A DNA stretch of 64,000 nt from Candidatus Peribacteria bacterium (GTDB lineage: Bacteria; Patescibacteriota; Gracilibacteria; Peribacterales; Peribacteraceae). The stretch spans positions 486,722-550,721 of the forward strand of contig JAHFJN010000001.1 of NCBI GenBank assembly GCA_023245865.1, written 5' to 3'. Under the pieces are notes generated by a model, which saw only the letters and a program-made list of their open reading frames with translations, ran no database searches and was not told the DNA's origin. This document shows, one piece after another, positions 36,659 to 45,778 of this stretch (its first letter is position 1; every line of letters begins with the position of its first letter). The position numbers and the translations under genes are program-made.

Positions 36659-37234
36659 ATGCGCATCACTCCCCTCCTCACACTCTCTGCACTCCTCCTC
36701 ACCGCCTGCGGTACGACCACAGGTGCTCTGCAGAAAGACAATTTGAAAAACCCCCTCTACGCCGCACAGTACTACGCCGACCTCACGGAACGGATGGTGA
36801 ACCTGGAACTCCAAAAGGACCCCGTGACGAAAGACGCACGGAAGAAGGCGATCATCGATCAAACCCGCAAGAACGGCGTAGCCAATGAACAACGCGCCGC
36901 CAGTGTGAAAGCACAGGGTCAAGAGGGAACATTCGTCAGTGACAGCGGGCTTGTGCGTGGAGAGGTGTTGCTCCTCAAACACACTCTCTTCTTCGGCGTG
37001 GATTTTGCAGCGGTGCCCGGGCCGGAGCTGCACGTATTTGTGAGCACGGTACTCGATCCGCGTGACGTGCGTTTCCCCGACAGCACCGCAGTGGATCTTG
37101 GTCCGCTCCCCGATGTGTTTGGGGCACAGAGTATGAGTATTGCCGAAACCGCAGATCTCTCAAAAATGCGCTCCGCGGTTCTGCACGATGTGAAGCTCGG
37201 GCAGATGTATGGGTTTGCGCAATTGAGCAAATAA
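36659..37234 (+). CDS. lipoprotein with DM13-like C-terminal domain
   Basis: Lipobox LLTAC. ...FGVDFAAVPGPELHVFVS... resembles DM13. Confidence 0.6.
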   Translation: MRITPLLTLSALLLTACGTTTGALQKDNLKNPLYAAQYYADLTERMVNLELQKDPVTKDARKKAIIDQTRKNGVANEQRAASVKAQGQEGTFVSDSGLVRGEVLLLKHTLFFGVDFAAVPGPELHVFVSTVLDPRDVRFPDSTAVDLGPLPDVFGAQSMSIAETADLSKMRSAVLHDVKLGQMYGFAQLSK

Positions 37235-37831
37235 TCATAGCATTTTTCCCGCCTTCCCAGCCGCCTCCTCGATCAATTTCCCGATCGCATCCACGCTATT
37301 CTCAACTTTCGTGCCGTTCACGAAGAAGGTCGGCGTGCTATTCACACCCAGTTTTTCCCCTGCCGCTTCCTCAGCCATGATCATAATGCGTTTGATGTGC
37401 GATGCCCTGCAACGATCAAACAGAGGCAAATCGAGATGAAGCGAAGTCCCCCACGCATCGAGCTCTGCCGTATTCAACTTCGCCTGTTCGGTGTAGGCCA
37501 GGTCCAGAAACTCCCAGAATTTCCCCTGGTCGGCCGCACATTCACTGGCCTCCGCAGCGGCGAGCGCATACTCGTGAATGCGAATCAGCGGGAATTGCTT
37601 GAACTCAAAACGAATCTGCGCACCGTACTTCTGGAGCAGCGGTGTCACCACCTTGTTATAGGCACCCTTGCATGCGGGACACTGCAAGTCGCCGTATTCG
37701 ACGACACTGACGATAGCATTCGCGTTGCTCTTGGGGCTCACGCCCTTCGAGGAATCGGGCGATAAACCGGTCGTATCAACACCGCAGGCAACGAGGGCAA
37801 GGAGGGCAGTGGTGAGCAGAAAACGCTTCAT
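37235..37831 (-). CDS. DsbA-family thiol:disulfide oxidoreductase lipoprotein
   Basis: Lipobox LVAC. CPAC active site within a thioredoxin-fold context. Confidence 0.85.
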   Translation of the reverse strand: MKRFLLTTALLALVACGVDTTGLSPDSSKGVSPKSNANAIVSVVEYGDLQCPACKGAYNKVVTPLLQKYGAQIRFEFKQFPLIRIHEYALAAAEASECAADQGKFWEFLDLAYTEQAKLNTAELDAWGTSLHLDLPLFDRCRASHIKRIMIMAEEAAGEKLGVNSTPTFFVNGTKVENSVDAIGKLIEEAAGKAGKML

Positions 37832-37832
37832 A

Positions 37833-37860
37833 GGTAAGGAAGGTACGGAAAGTAAGGTAC
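37833..37860. repeat. GTAMGGRAR array in the dsbA/dnaX divergent intergenic region
   Basis: GGTAAGGAA GGTACGGAA AGTAAGGTAC. Confidence 0.85.
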
Positions 37861-37891
37861 TCCTCTTGCGCCTCTGCTACAATCACCTCCC

Positions 37892-39358
37892 ATGTCCCTC
37901 TATCGCACCTACCGCCCAAAAGCCTTCGCCGATGTCGCGGGACAAGATCACATTGTGAGCACCCTTGAGCAGGCGGTGAAGCAGGACAAGCTCAGCCACG
38001 CCTACCTCTTCTCGGGAACGCGCGGCACGGGCAAAACCTCCATCGCACGAATCCTGAGCAAGCACCTGCTCACGCACGGGATCGGCGATGAACTCTTGCG
38101 ACAGCATATCCTCGCCTCGATCGACGAAGGCAGCCTCGTGGACCTGATCGAGATCGATGCCGCGAGCAACACGGGTGTCGATAACATCCGGGAGCTGATT
38201 GAAAAAATACAATTCTCTCCCGTAGTCGGCGGCGCGAAGGTCTACATCATCGACGAAGTGCACATGCTCAGCAAAGGGGCCTTCAATGCACTCTTAAAAA
38301 CCCTCGAGGAACCCCCCGCCTACGCGTACTTCATCCTCGCAACGACCGAACTCCATAAGATCCCCGCCACCATCCAATCGCGCTGCCAGCGCTTTCTCTT
38401 CCGTCCGATTCGCGAGGAGGATTTGATCGCACGGCTCCAGTACATCGCGGACGCGGAACATATCACGGTCGAGCGCACGGCTCTGCGCGCCATCGCTCAC
38501 TCGGTGCAGGGCAGCATGCGCGATGCTATTTCACTCCTTGATCAACTGCGCTCGCTCCCCAATATCACCATCACAGCAGTCCATGAGCGCGTGGGCGAGA
38601 CCGGGCACGAGTACGTCGAACAGATGCTCGCGGCAATCGACGCGCAGGATGCCGGCCTGATCATGGAACTCGTACGAAAACTCGAGGAAGCGGCCGCCCC
38701 GCTCGAGCAATTCACACGATTGCTCCTCGCAGCAGCGCGCGATCGTTTGCATCAGCGGATAGAGGCAAAGCAAGATACGAAAGTCTCACTGGAGCTCCTC
38801 GACGCTTTGTTGACGACAATCAAAGATCTGCGCATCGCCCCCGTCCCGGGACTCGTCCTGGAATCGCAGCTGCTTTCGATCATCACACCAACGGGAGCAA
38901 TCACGAAAGTGGCAGTCGCGCCGGCTACTGTTGACGTCATGGTTCGTCCCTCGACTACGCTCGGGATGACACAAACTATTCAGGATCCTGTGAAAAACTC
39001 AGAGACTCCCCTTAAATCCGCAGAAATCCTCGCTCCCGACCTCACTCTCAGTACACTCACGGAAGTCTGGCCGCAGATTGTCGAAGGGGCACAGCCCGCA
39101 TCCGTAAAAATGTCTCTCAAAAACGGACAGCTCCATGCACTCGAGGACACGAGCGTCGTCCTGCGTTTCACCTCCCTCTTTCATCGCGACAAAGCGGGCT
39201 CCACGGAAGGGTTGCGGTCCATTGAAGACGCACTCGAGCGGATCTTCAAGCGCAGACTCAAGATCAAATGTGTTCTGGATAGCGAAGTCCACGCAGCGGC
39301 ACCTATGGGGTCGGAAGCGTCGGTGAACCTCGCGGAAGCAGCGGCGGAAATTTTCTAA
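37892..39358 (+). CDS. dnaX: DNA polymerase III subunit gamma/tau
   Basis: GTRGTGKTS Walker A, IIDEVHML, clamp-loader domains. TACAAT -10 ends 8 nt before the ATG. Confidence 0.93.
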   Translation: MSLYRTYRPKAFADVAGQDHIVSTLEQAVKQDKLSHAYLFSGTRGTGKTSIARILSKHLLTHGIGDELLRQHILASIDEGSLVDLIEIDAASNTGVDNIRELIEKIQFSPVVGGAKVYIIDEVHMLSKGAFNALLKTLEEPPAYAYFILATTELHKIPATIQSRCQRFLFRPIREEDLIARLQYIADAEHITVERTALRAIAHSVQGSMRDAISLLDQLRSLPNITITAVHERVGETGHEYVEQMLAAIDAQDAGLIMELVRKLEEAAAPLEQFTRLLLAAARDRLHQRIEAKQDTKVSLELLDALLTTIKDLRIAPVPGLVLESQLLSIITPTGAITKVAVAPATVDVMVRPSTTLGMTQTIQDPVKNSETPLKSAEILAPDLTLSTLTEVWPQIVEGAQPASVKMSLKNGQLHALEDTSVVLRFTSLFHRDKAGSTEGLRSIEDALERIFKRRLKIKCVLDSEVHAAAPMGSEASVNLAEAAAEIF

Positions 39359-39395
39359 AATGTTACTGGTTGCTGGTTACTCGTTTCTCGTCACT

Positions 39396-39983
39396 ATGGA
39401 TCTTCGCAATCAGAAAGAGCATCTGCGACGGGCAATTAAAGAGCGCGCCACTCGTCTCACTCCTGAGCAACGCCGTGCCGAGAGTCGCAGCATCGCGCGG
39501 CGGATCCAAGAAAATCTCCCGGAAGGCACCCTCACTATGTGCGCGTACTATCCGATGCCGACGGAGGCGGACCTGCGAGAACTGATCAAAGAATTAATCG
39601 AAAACGGGCATCGCCTCTATCTTCCAAAATTTACAAAAAACCATTTCGAATTTCGTGGCATTGCATCCATCGGAGATCTCATTGCAGGAAAATTCGGACT
39701 GCAGGAGCCATCTGGAAGTGCCCCCCTGCTCGATCTGAAGCATGTCAATGTCGCCCTGATTCCCGGTGTCGCATTTGACCGCCTCGGCAACCGCCTCGGC
39801 CGCGGGAACGGAGGATTCGATCGGTGGATCCGTGATCTGAAAAAAGTGAATCCCGGGGCCCTCGTCTGGGGAATCGCATTGGAACATCAATTGGCAAATG
39901 ACATTCCAACCGAACCGCACGATCAGCGCGTGGATGCAATCGTGACGACACGAGAGATTATTACTTCACCGCTTCCACACTAA
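39396..39983 (+). CDS. 5-formyltetrahydrofolate cyclo-ligase
   Basis: ...GVAFDRLGNRLGRGNGGFDR... motif. Start at the internal ATG, after a heptamer-phased tract. Confidence 0.85.
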   Translation: MDLRNQKEHLRRAIKERATRLTPEQRRAESRSIARRIQENLPEGTLTMCAYYPMPTEADLRELIKELIENGHRLYLPKFTKNHFEFRGIASIGDLIAGKFGLQEPSGSAPLLDLKHVNVALIPGVAFDRLGNRLGRGNGGFDRWIRDLKKVNPGALVWGIALEHQLANDIPTEPHDQRVDAIVTTREIITSPLPH

Positions 39984-40644
39984 GCGCCATCTTGCCAAGC
40001 TGCTCCATATTCATCGCAACTTCGAGTGAAGGTGCAACAACGGCATTGATCACGATCACATCCACATCCTCATAGAGTTTCTTGGCGTTCACGTCCGGCG
40101 GCGCGATCACGGCGTGCGGATGCTCGGCGACAAATTTCTGCACGCGGTCGTTGGCGAGTTTCTCGGTTGCGGGGAACTTCACGAGCTTGGTCATGATGAC
40201 CGCCTTGTCCGCCTTCAGCACGAGTAACACGCTCTCCGGATACGACGTGCCCCCCACGGGCCTGCCGATACCGATGACATAGACCGTCACGAGTCCACTC
40301 CCATTCTTCGTTACTCTGCACTGCATCGGCTTCTGCCGATCAACGGGCAAATACGCACCGGAACTCATCAGCGCCGCGCACGACTTGGAAGCTGTGATCG
40401 CATTTTTCACGGCCGTCGAGAGGTAAAAACCGCTGGCGGTCTTCGGCACCTGATCATACGTAATGAGCGTAGAGAGTGTTCCCTTGAGCGGGGTTGCGCT
40501 GTAGCGCGAATGCACGGGGTACATCATACGGATCCCCAGAGTGTCGGCCGTCACCATCTTCCACTCCACACGATCTTGGAAAAAATAGAACCAACCTGCA
40601 ATGAGCGCCACGAGCAAAATTCCGATGCCGAGAAATGTTTTCAT
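39961..40644 (-). CDS. membrane-anchored hypothetical protein
   Basis: MKTFLGIGILLVALIAGWFYF is an N-terminal TM helix. No family recognised. Confidence 0.6.
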   Translation of the reverse strand: MKTFLGIGILLVALIAGWFYFFQDRVEWKMVTADTLGIRMMYPVHSRYSATPLKGTLSTLITYDQVPKTASGFYLSTAVKNAITASKSCAALMSSGAYLPVDRQKPMQCRVTKNGSGLVTVYVIGIGRPVGGTSYPESVLLVLKADKAVIMTKLVKFPATEKLANDRVQKFVAEHPHAVIAPPDVNAKKLYEDVDVIVINAVVAPSLEVAMNMEQLGKMALSVEAVK

Positions 40645-40661
40645 GGGCCCCACTCTACTCT

Positions 40662-41936
40662 ATGCTGCAAGTCATGCCAAGCTACGACGCACTGCAGGCA
40701 ACGGACCCGCTCATCTACGCAGCACTCAAAGGCGAGATGCGGCGCCAAGCGGAGGGCGTGGAGCTGATCGCCTCGGAGAATTACATCTCCCCCGCCGTGC
40801 TTGAAACGATGGGAACGGTCTTCAACAATAAATATGCGGAGGGCTATCCCGGGCACCGCTACTACGGCGGGCAGGAGTTCACGGACATCGTGGAACAATT
40901 GGCGATTGATCGAGCAAAAAAGTTATTCAACTGTGAACATGCGAATGTCCAACCGCACGCGGGCTGTCCCGCCAACGCCTGCATGTATTTTGCACTGCTC
41001 GAACCGGGCGACACCGTCATGGGGATGGATCTGAGCCACGGCGGCCACCTCAGCCACGGCCACCCCGTCACCTACCTCACCAAAATCTTCAAATTTGTGC
41101 GCTACAAAATGAAAGACATCGAGACGGGTGAAATCGACTACGATGAAATGCGAAGAGTCGCCCTCGAACATAAACCCAAGATCATCCTCGCCGGATTTTC
41201 CGCGTACCCGCGCGAACTCCATTACGCGAAGATGAAAGAAATCGCGCAGGAAGTTGGTGCCTACACGGTCGCCGACATGGCACACATCGCAGGACTGATC
41301 GCGGGCGGGGCACTCAGAAACCCGTTCGACGACGGATTCGATGTGATTACGACGACGACCCATAAGACACTGCGCGGGCCTCGCGGGGGTATGATCCTCT
41401 GCCGCGAAGCCACACTTGGCAAAAAGATCGACAAAGCAGTCTTTCCAGGGTTTCAGGGTGGCCCGATCATGCAGATGATCGCCGCGAAGGCGGTGGCCTT
41501 TGGTGAAGCGTTGAAACCGGAATTTAAGGTCTACGCTGCACAGATCATCAAAAACAGCAAGCACCTCGCACAGTTTTTCATGGACCGCGGCGCGAAACTC
41601 ATCACGAACGGCACCGACAATCACCTCATGCTCATCGACTGCGTGAAATCCTTTGGCATCGGCGGCGCGGAAGTGGAAACAACCCTCGACCGCATCGGCA
41701 TCACGCTCAATAAAAACATGATCCCCGATGATACGCGAAAACCGATGGACCCCTCTGGCGTACGCCTCGGGACCCCCGCGATCACCACCCGCGGCATGAA
41801 AGAATCGGAGATGGAGCAACTGGGGACCTTCATCCTCTCGGCAATCGAGAAGCGCTCTGACAGCGCCGCGCTCGAGAAATTGCATGGAGAAGTAAAGAAT
41901 TTTTGTCTTCGTTATCCTGTGCCTGGAATTGAATAA
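40662..41936 (+). CDS. glyA: serine hydroxymethyltransferase
   Basis: LIASENY and TTTHKTLRGPRGG (PLP-lysine) motifs. Start is one of two nearby ATGs (40662 or 40674). Confidence 0.95.
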   Translation: MLQVMPSYDALQATDPLIYAALKGEMRRQAEGVELIASENYISPAVLETMGTVFNNKYAEGYPGHRYYGGQEFTDIVEQLAIDRAKKLFNCEHANVQPHAGCPANACMYFALLEPGDTVMGMDLSHGGHLSHGHPVTYLTKIFKFVRYKMKDIETGEIDYDEMRRVALEHKPKIILAGFSAYPRELHYAKMKEIAQEVGAYTVADMAHIAGLIAGGALRNPFDDGFDVITTTTHKTLRGPRGGMILCREATLGKKIDKAVFPGFQGGPIMQMIAAKAVAFGEALKPEFKVYAAQIIKNSKHLAQFFMDRGAKLITNGTDNHLMLIDCVKSFGIGGAEVETTLDRIGITLNKNMIPDDTRKPMDPSGVRLGTPAITTRGMKESEMEQLGTFILSAIEKRSDSAALEKLHGEVKNFCLRYPVPGIE

Positions 41937-42205
41937 AAATTGTATACAATAATAAGAAATATGTTTTATAGAAGGGAAAATGTCGTATGTAACTTTTTGA
42001 ATACAATTTGTATCCAAACAATGATCTCCACTTACCTCTATATCAGTTCCTTGCGAAGGGGGTGCTGCCTGCGTACGATGATATGAAACCCAAAGAAACA
42101 CACACCTGTTCCTTACGCGACTTACGCTCGTTCCCCCCGGCCAACATTTGTCACCACATTTGAACCATCTGGGTATGCGGAACGTGATCCGTGTCGCTCA
42201 AATAA

Positions 42206-42231
42206 GACTCCCCTCGGGGAGTCTTTTTGTT
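42206..42231 (+). terminator. rho-independent terminator ~270 nt downstream of glyA
   Basis: GACTCCCC/GGGGAGTC stem followed by TTTTTGTT. Confidence 0.6.
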
Positions 42232-42295
42232 GAGCGCTGCAGCGCGAAACCCCTCCGTAGCCTTGCGCGGAGGAGGGTGATATGATTTGCCCATC

Positions 42296-42682
42296 ATGAA
42301 GAGAATCCGACAAAGTTTTTTGCATGCATGGCACGGGCTGCTCCATGCACTCGAACGCGAGAGGAATCTGCGAACATTTGCCATCGTCGATGCGCTCGTT
42401 CTTTTCCTTGGGGCATATCTGCACCTTCTCATATGGGAGTGGCTCGCAGTGATTATTGCGGGAGGAATCTTCCTCTGCACGGAACTGCTCAATACCGCAC
42501 TCGAACGAACAGTCGATGTCATCGATGAAAACAGAAAAATTGCAGGGGGCGCGGGGTTTCACGCAGGCCTCAAGCAAGCGAAAGATGTAGGGGCGTCGGC
42601 CTCGTTGATCGCGCTCATTCTCAATATCGTAGTCATTGTGATGGTGCTATGGCCGTACGTGGGCATCTTCGTGAAGAAATGA
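42296..42682 (+). CDS. dgkA: diacylglycerol/undecaprenol kinase (DgkA family)
   Basis: ...ELLNTALERTVD... motif and three TM helices. Confidence 0.85.
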   Translation: MKRIRQSFLHAWHGLLHALERERNLRTFAIVDALVLFLGAYLHLLIWEWLAVIIAGGIFLCTELLNTALERTVDVIDENRKIAGGAGFHAGLKQAKDVGASASLIALILNIVVIVMVLWPYVGIFVKK

Positions 42683-42706
42683 TCCCTGCGCCGGGGGTGG
42701 ATCATT

Positions 42707-42961
42707 TCACGTGAGCTTTTTCCTTTTCCTCTTCGCGTCATCGAACTGTCGGAGAAAAAACTCTTCTTGCTGGTTGCAGGCGACATCGTACGATACATAC
42801 AAGGGTGGCCCCGTTTGGGGCAAGGGCGGCAAGTTGCAAAGCGCATGGAACCCGAGCAGCATGGTGTGAAAAAAGAGCTTCACACCGCCCATCAGGGAAT
42901 CCCGTAGAAGGAATTCCATGCAGAGTGCAATGGCGACGAGCAGGTAGGACATGGTCCTCAC
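42707..42961 (-). CDS. possible small membrane protein
   Basis: 84-aa ORF in the gap between dgkA and the T4CP-like gene. Weak evidence only. Confidence 0.3.
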   Translation of the reverse strand: MRTMSYLLVAIALCMEFLLRDSLMGGVKLFFHTMLLGFHALCNLPPLPQTGPPLYVSYDVACNQQEEFFLRQFDDAKRKRKKLT

Positions 42962-43027
42962 CTCCTTTCAAGGATCAATGTGGCGCAGAGATCCGCGCTA
43001 CTGTACAAGGAAAAAAAATATGCGCAA

Positions 43028-43055
43028 GTAGGGGCAAGGCATGCCTTGCCCCTAC
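43028..43055. repeat. 28-bp perfect palindrome GTAGGGGCAAGGCATGCCTTGCCCCTAC (copy 1)
   Basis: Overlaps the stop codon of the 908-aa gene and is flanked by A/T runs on both sides. May act as a terminator. Confidence 0.95.
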
Positions 43056-45778
43056 ATTTTTTTCTCCTTCTTTGCCTTCGCCTCGAGCATTCCTTTGCTG
43101 GGCGGAGGCACGCCGCCCGTCGCAATCAATCTCTTCTCAAGGTCTGCCATCTGCATCTTCTCCGGATCACTCAGGGGCTCCCCGAGAAATTCCTTTTTGC
43201 GCAGCGCATTGAACTCATTCATCCACATTTCGCGGTCTCTCCACGCACGGTATTCGTCCAATTTCATCCCCTTTGCCTTCGCTTTTTTTCTCTCCTCTTC
43301 CTCTTTTTCTTTGTTCTTCTCGGCCTTCTTTGCAACCACCTTCGCCTCCCCCGCCGATGCAGCCCACCGATGGATTTTTTCTTCCACAACGCTTCGTTTC
43401 TGAGCGTAACGTTCGCGGCTTAGGGTACGCAGAATCTCCACCCGCTTGTCATCCTGTTCGTACTTCGGTGGAGCCAGCGTTGCAACCGAGAACGGCTTGC
43501 TCGGCACACCATCGATCATGAGGCGCATGTACGCGTGGTACTTCGGGAGACTCAGAATGTCTTTCGCGCTCACCATTTCCTCAAATTGCAGACTGAGCTC
43601 TTCGGCATCGTCACTGCCCACTTGGAAACTGACCATCGATCCCACGTTGCCAAAGACCGCATCGCGCAAGCTGGTATCGTTGCCCGCGATCAAGAGCTGT
43701 CCGACATACTGGTGCGCAACGGTGAGGGCCAAACGATACTTGCGCGCTTCACTGAGAATCGTTGCAAACGATTTGGTTGCGAAGTTCTGGAATTCGTCGA
43801 CGTAGAGGTAGAAATCTTTGCGATCTTTTTCCGGAATATCGGCCCTGCTCATGGCATCGATCTGAAATTTCGTGACGAGCATCGAGCCGAGGAACGCGGA
43901 GGTGTCTTCGCCGAGTTTTCCTTTGCTGAGGTTCACGAGGACAATCTTGCCCGTGTCCATCGCATGGCGCACGTCAAGAGTGCTTCGCACCTGACCGATG
44001 ATGTTACGAATCAGCGGCGTCGTGAGCAATTGTCCGATCTTGTTCTGGATCGCCGCGACAGCCTCGGTGCGGTACTTGTCGCTCCAGCCGGCATATTCCG
44101 TCTCCCAGAAACTCTTCACAACCGGATCCGTGATGTTTGCGACCATTTTTGCGCAGTACGCGCTGTCACCAAACATCCGCAGAATCCCAAGCATGGACGA
44201 ACCTTCGTTTTCGAGCAGAGCCAAAAGGGTATTGCGGAGAATGTGCTCCATGCGTCCGCTGAAGGCTTCCGGCCAGAGCTTGGTAAACACGCTCATGAGC
44301 CCTGAGCAAATCAGCGAGCGCTGATCGGGATCCTTGCTTTCGAGCATGTTGAAAGAGACAGGGTAATCGCGGTCCGCAGGGTCAAAAAGAATCACGTCGT
44401 TGCTGCGACTCCTTGGAATGAACTGCAAAATGGATTCGATCAAATCTCCGTGCGGATCGATGACGGCAATCCCCTTGCCGCTATGGATGTCGGAATAAAT
44501 CATGTTTTCGAGGATGGTGGTTTTTCCCATGCCCGTTTTTCCGATCACGTACATGTGGCGACGGCGGTCATCGGGGCGGATGCCGAACTGCTGGCGATGG
44601 CCGTGGAACAGTGATTCACCGAGGATCGTCAGATTCTCCTTCGTATCAGCCTGCCCTGAGCTTGTGGAATGGGTCACATCTGGAATCGGCAAATTCACCG
44701 GCGGCTCGAGCTTTTTGGCCGTCACCCAATCCATGTTGGAAGTTTTCACGAGAATGTTCGGAATATGCCAGAGGGTCGCCACCTCTTCGGCGGAGAGCAC
44801 GTAGGGGCTCCGTGTGAAGTGCTGAGGAATGGCGGAGCCAACGACGGGATCAGTCATATGAAAGCCGTTACTTTGGGGCAGTGTGAATTGACGGAAGCTC
44901 CCTGCGATCTCGCGGACTTTCGCGAGCGCTTCGCTCTGGTACTTCGCCGGTGTGATCACGCTCACGCGAACGGTCGTGAGGAAGAGGAGTCTGTTCACCT
45001 TATCCACCGCACCGCTGAGCTTGTCCTCGCGCTCGTGGCTGCGCATGCTGACCTTGCTTGGGTCATCGGCGTGTGAATCCTCTGTCCCCTCTCCCGTGAA
45101 GAGCGATATATTCATCTTCGGCTGGAGCCCCGAAAACCATACCCTCCACCCACCGAGCAACATATCGATGGGAAAGAAGAGAAATCTGCGCCACCCGCGT
45201 GCTAAGTGCACCGCGGCAAACAGCCGTGCGTACGCGTCCCAGTGCTTGGAGATGCCCTTCTCGAGGAACGGCAAAAATTTGAGCGCACGCTTGCGGAAAC
45301 GCGGCGCCATCGGATGCAACAAAATCTGCACGTGCCCCCGCATGGCGGGATAGGGATAACGCACGAGCGTCGAGGTAACGCCCGCGATCGTGTCGATGTT
45401 TTGCCGGGTCATCAAGTCGGTGAACTGCGGATAGCGTTTGATGGGGAAAACTTCCGGTTCGTGGAGCGTCAGCTCCGCGGACACAACGATTTCACCATCC
45501 TTCGGCTCAAATAAATCCGGTGACTCCATGTCAATTTCTGCATCGGGGAATTGTCCGTAGAGTTGACTCTCAATAAGAGGCGCCGCTTCAGCATTGGAGC
45601 GCGTGAAGAGTCCGATTTTCCCCTCCGCAAGGCCGATTTCCAGACTCAGCATGTCACGCTTGCCGTGGAGGCTATGGAGAGCCGAGAGTGCGGTCTCGGT
45701 CATTAAGGGCCCGCGCGACGCACTGACCTCATCGGGGTCAGGCAGGCTCGGCCGAATGCGGAGGAGAACAGCACTCAT
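43052..45778 (-). CDS. VirD4/TraD (type IV coupling protein)-like P-loop NTPase
   Basis: HMYVIGKTGMGKTT Walker A followed by AVIDPHGD, then YVDEFQNF Walker B and ...ARKYRLALTVAHQYVGQL... (TraG-D_C-like). ~390-aa N-terminal domain of unknown type and a Lys/Glu-rich tail. Confidence 0.65.
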   Translation of the reverse strand: MSAVLLRIRPSLPDPDEVSASRGPLMTETALSALHSLHGKRDMLSLEIGLAEGKIGLFTRSNAEAAPLIESQLYGQFPDAEIDMESPDLFEPKDGEIVVSAELTLHEPEVFPIKRYPQFTDLMTRQNIDTIAGVTSTLVRYPYPAMRGHVQILLHPMAPRFRKRALKFLPFLEKGISKHWDAYARLFAAVHLARGWRRFLFFPIDMLLGGWRVWFSGLQPKMNISLFTGEGTEDSHADDPSKVSMRSHEREDKLSGAVDKVNRLLFLTTVRVSVITPAKYQSEALAKVREIAGSFRQFTLPQSNGFHMTDPVVGSAIPQHFTRSPYVLSAEEVATLWHIPNILVKTSNMDWVTAKKLEPPVNLPIPDVTHSTSSGQADTKENLTILGESLFHGHRQQFGIRPDDRRRHMYVIGKTGMGKTTILENMIYSDIHSGKGIAVIDPHGDLIESILQFIPRSRSNDVILFDPADRDYPVSFNMLESKDPDQRSLICSGLMSVFTKLWPEAFSGRMEHILRNTLLALLENEGSSMLGILRMFGDSAYCAKMVANITDPVVKSFWETEYAGWSDKYRTEAVAAIQNKIGQLLTTPLIRNIIGQVRSTLDVRHAMDTGKIVLVNLSKGKLGEDTSAFLGSMLVTKFQIDAMSRADIPEKDRKDFYLYVDEFQNFATKSFATILSEARKYRLALTVAHQYVGQLLIAGNDTSLRDAVFGNVGSMVSFQVGSDDAEELSLQFEEMVSAKDILSLPKYHAYMRLMIDGVPSKPFSVATLAPPKYEQDDKRVEILRTLSRERYAQKRSVVEEKIHRWAASAGEAKVVAKKAEKNKEKEEEERKKAKAKGMKLDEYRAWRDREMWMNEFNALRKKEFLGEPLSDPEKMQMADLEKRLIATGGVPPPSKGMLEAKAKKEKKM

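Noticed and set aside
27457-37860. Possibility that the short phased arrays (9-mers and 7-mers) are CRISPR arrays.
   Set aside because: The units are contiguous with no spacers, the arrays are under 75 nt, and no cas genes are present.
42805-43423. Plus-strand ORFs of 120-147 aa downstream of dgkA.
   Set aside because: They overlap the 3' end of the T4CP-like gene in antisense and read through the palindrome and Lys/Glu-tail codons. There are no motifs.
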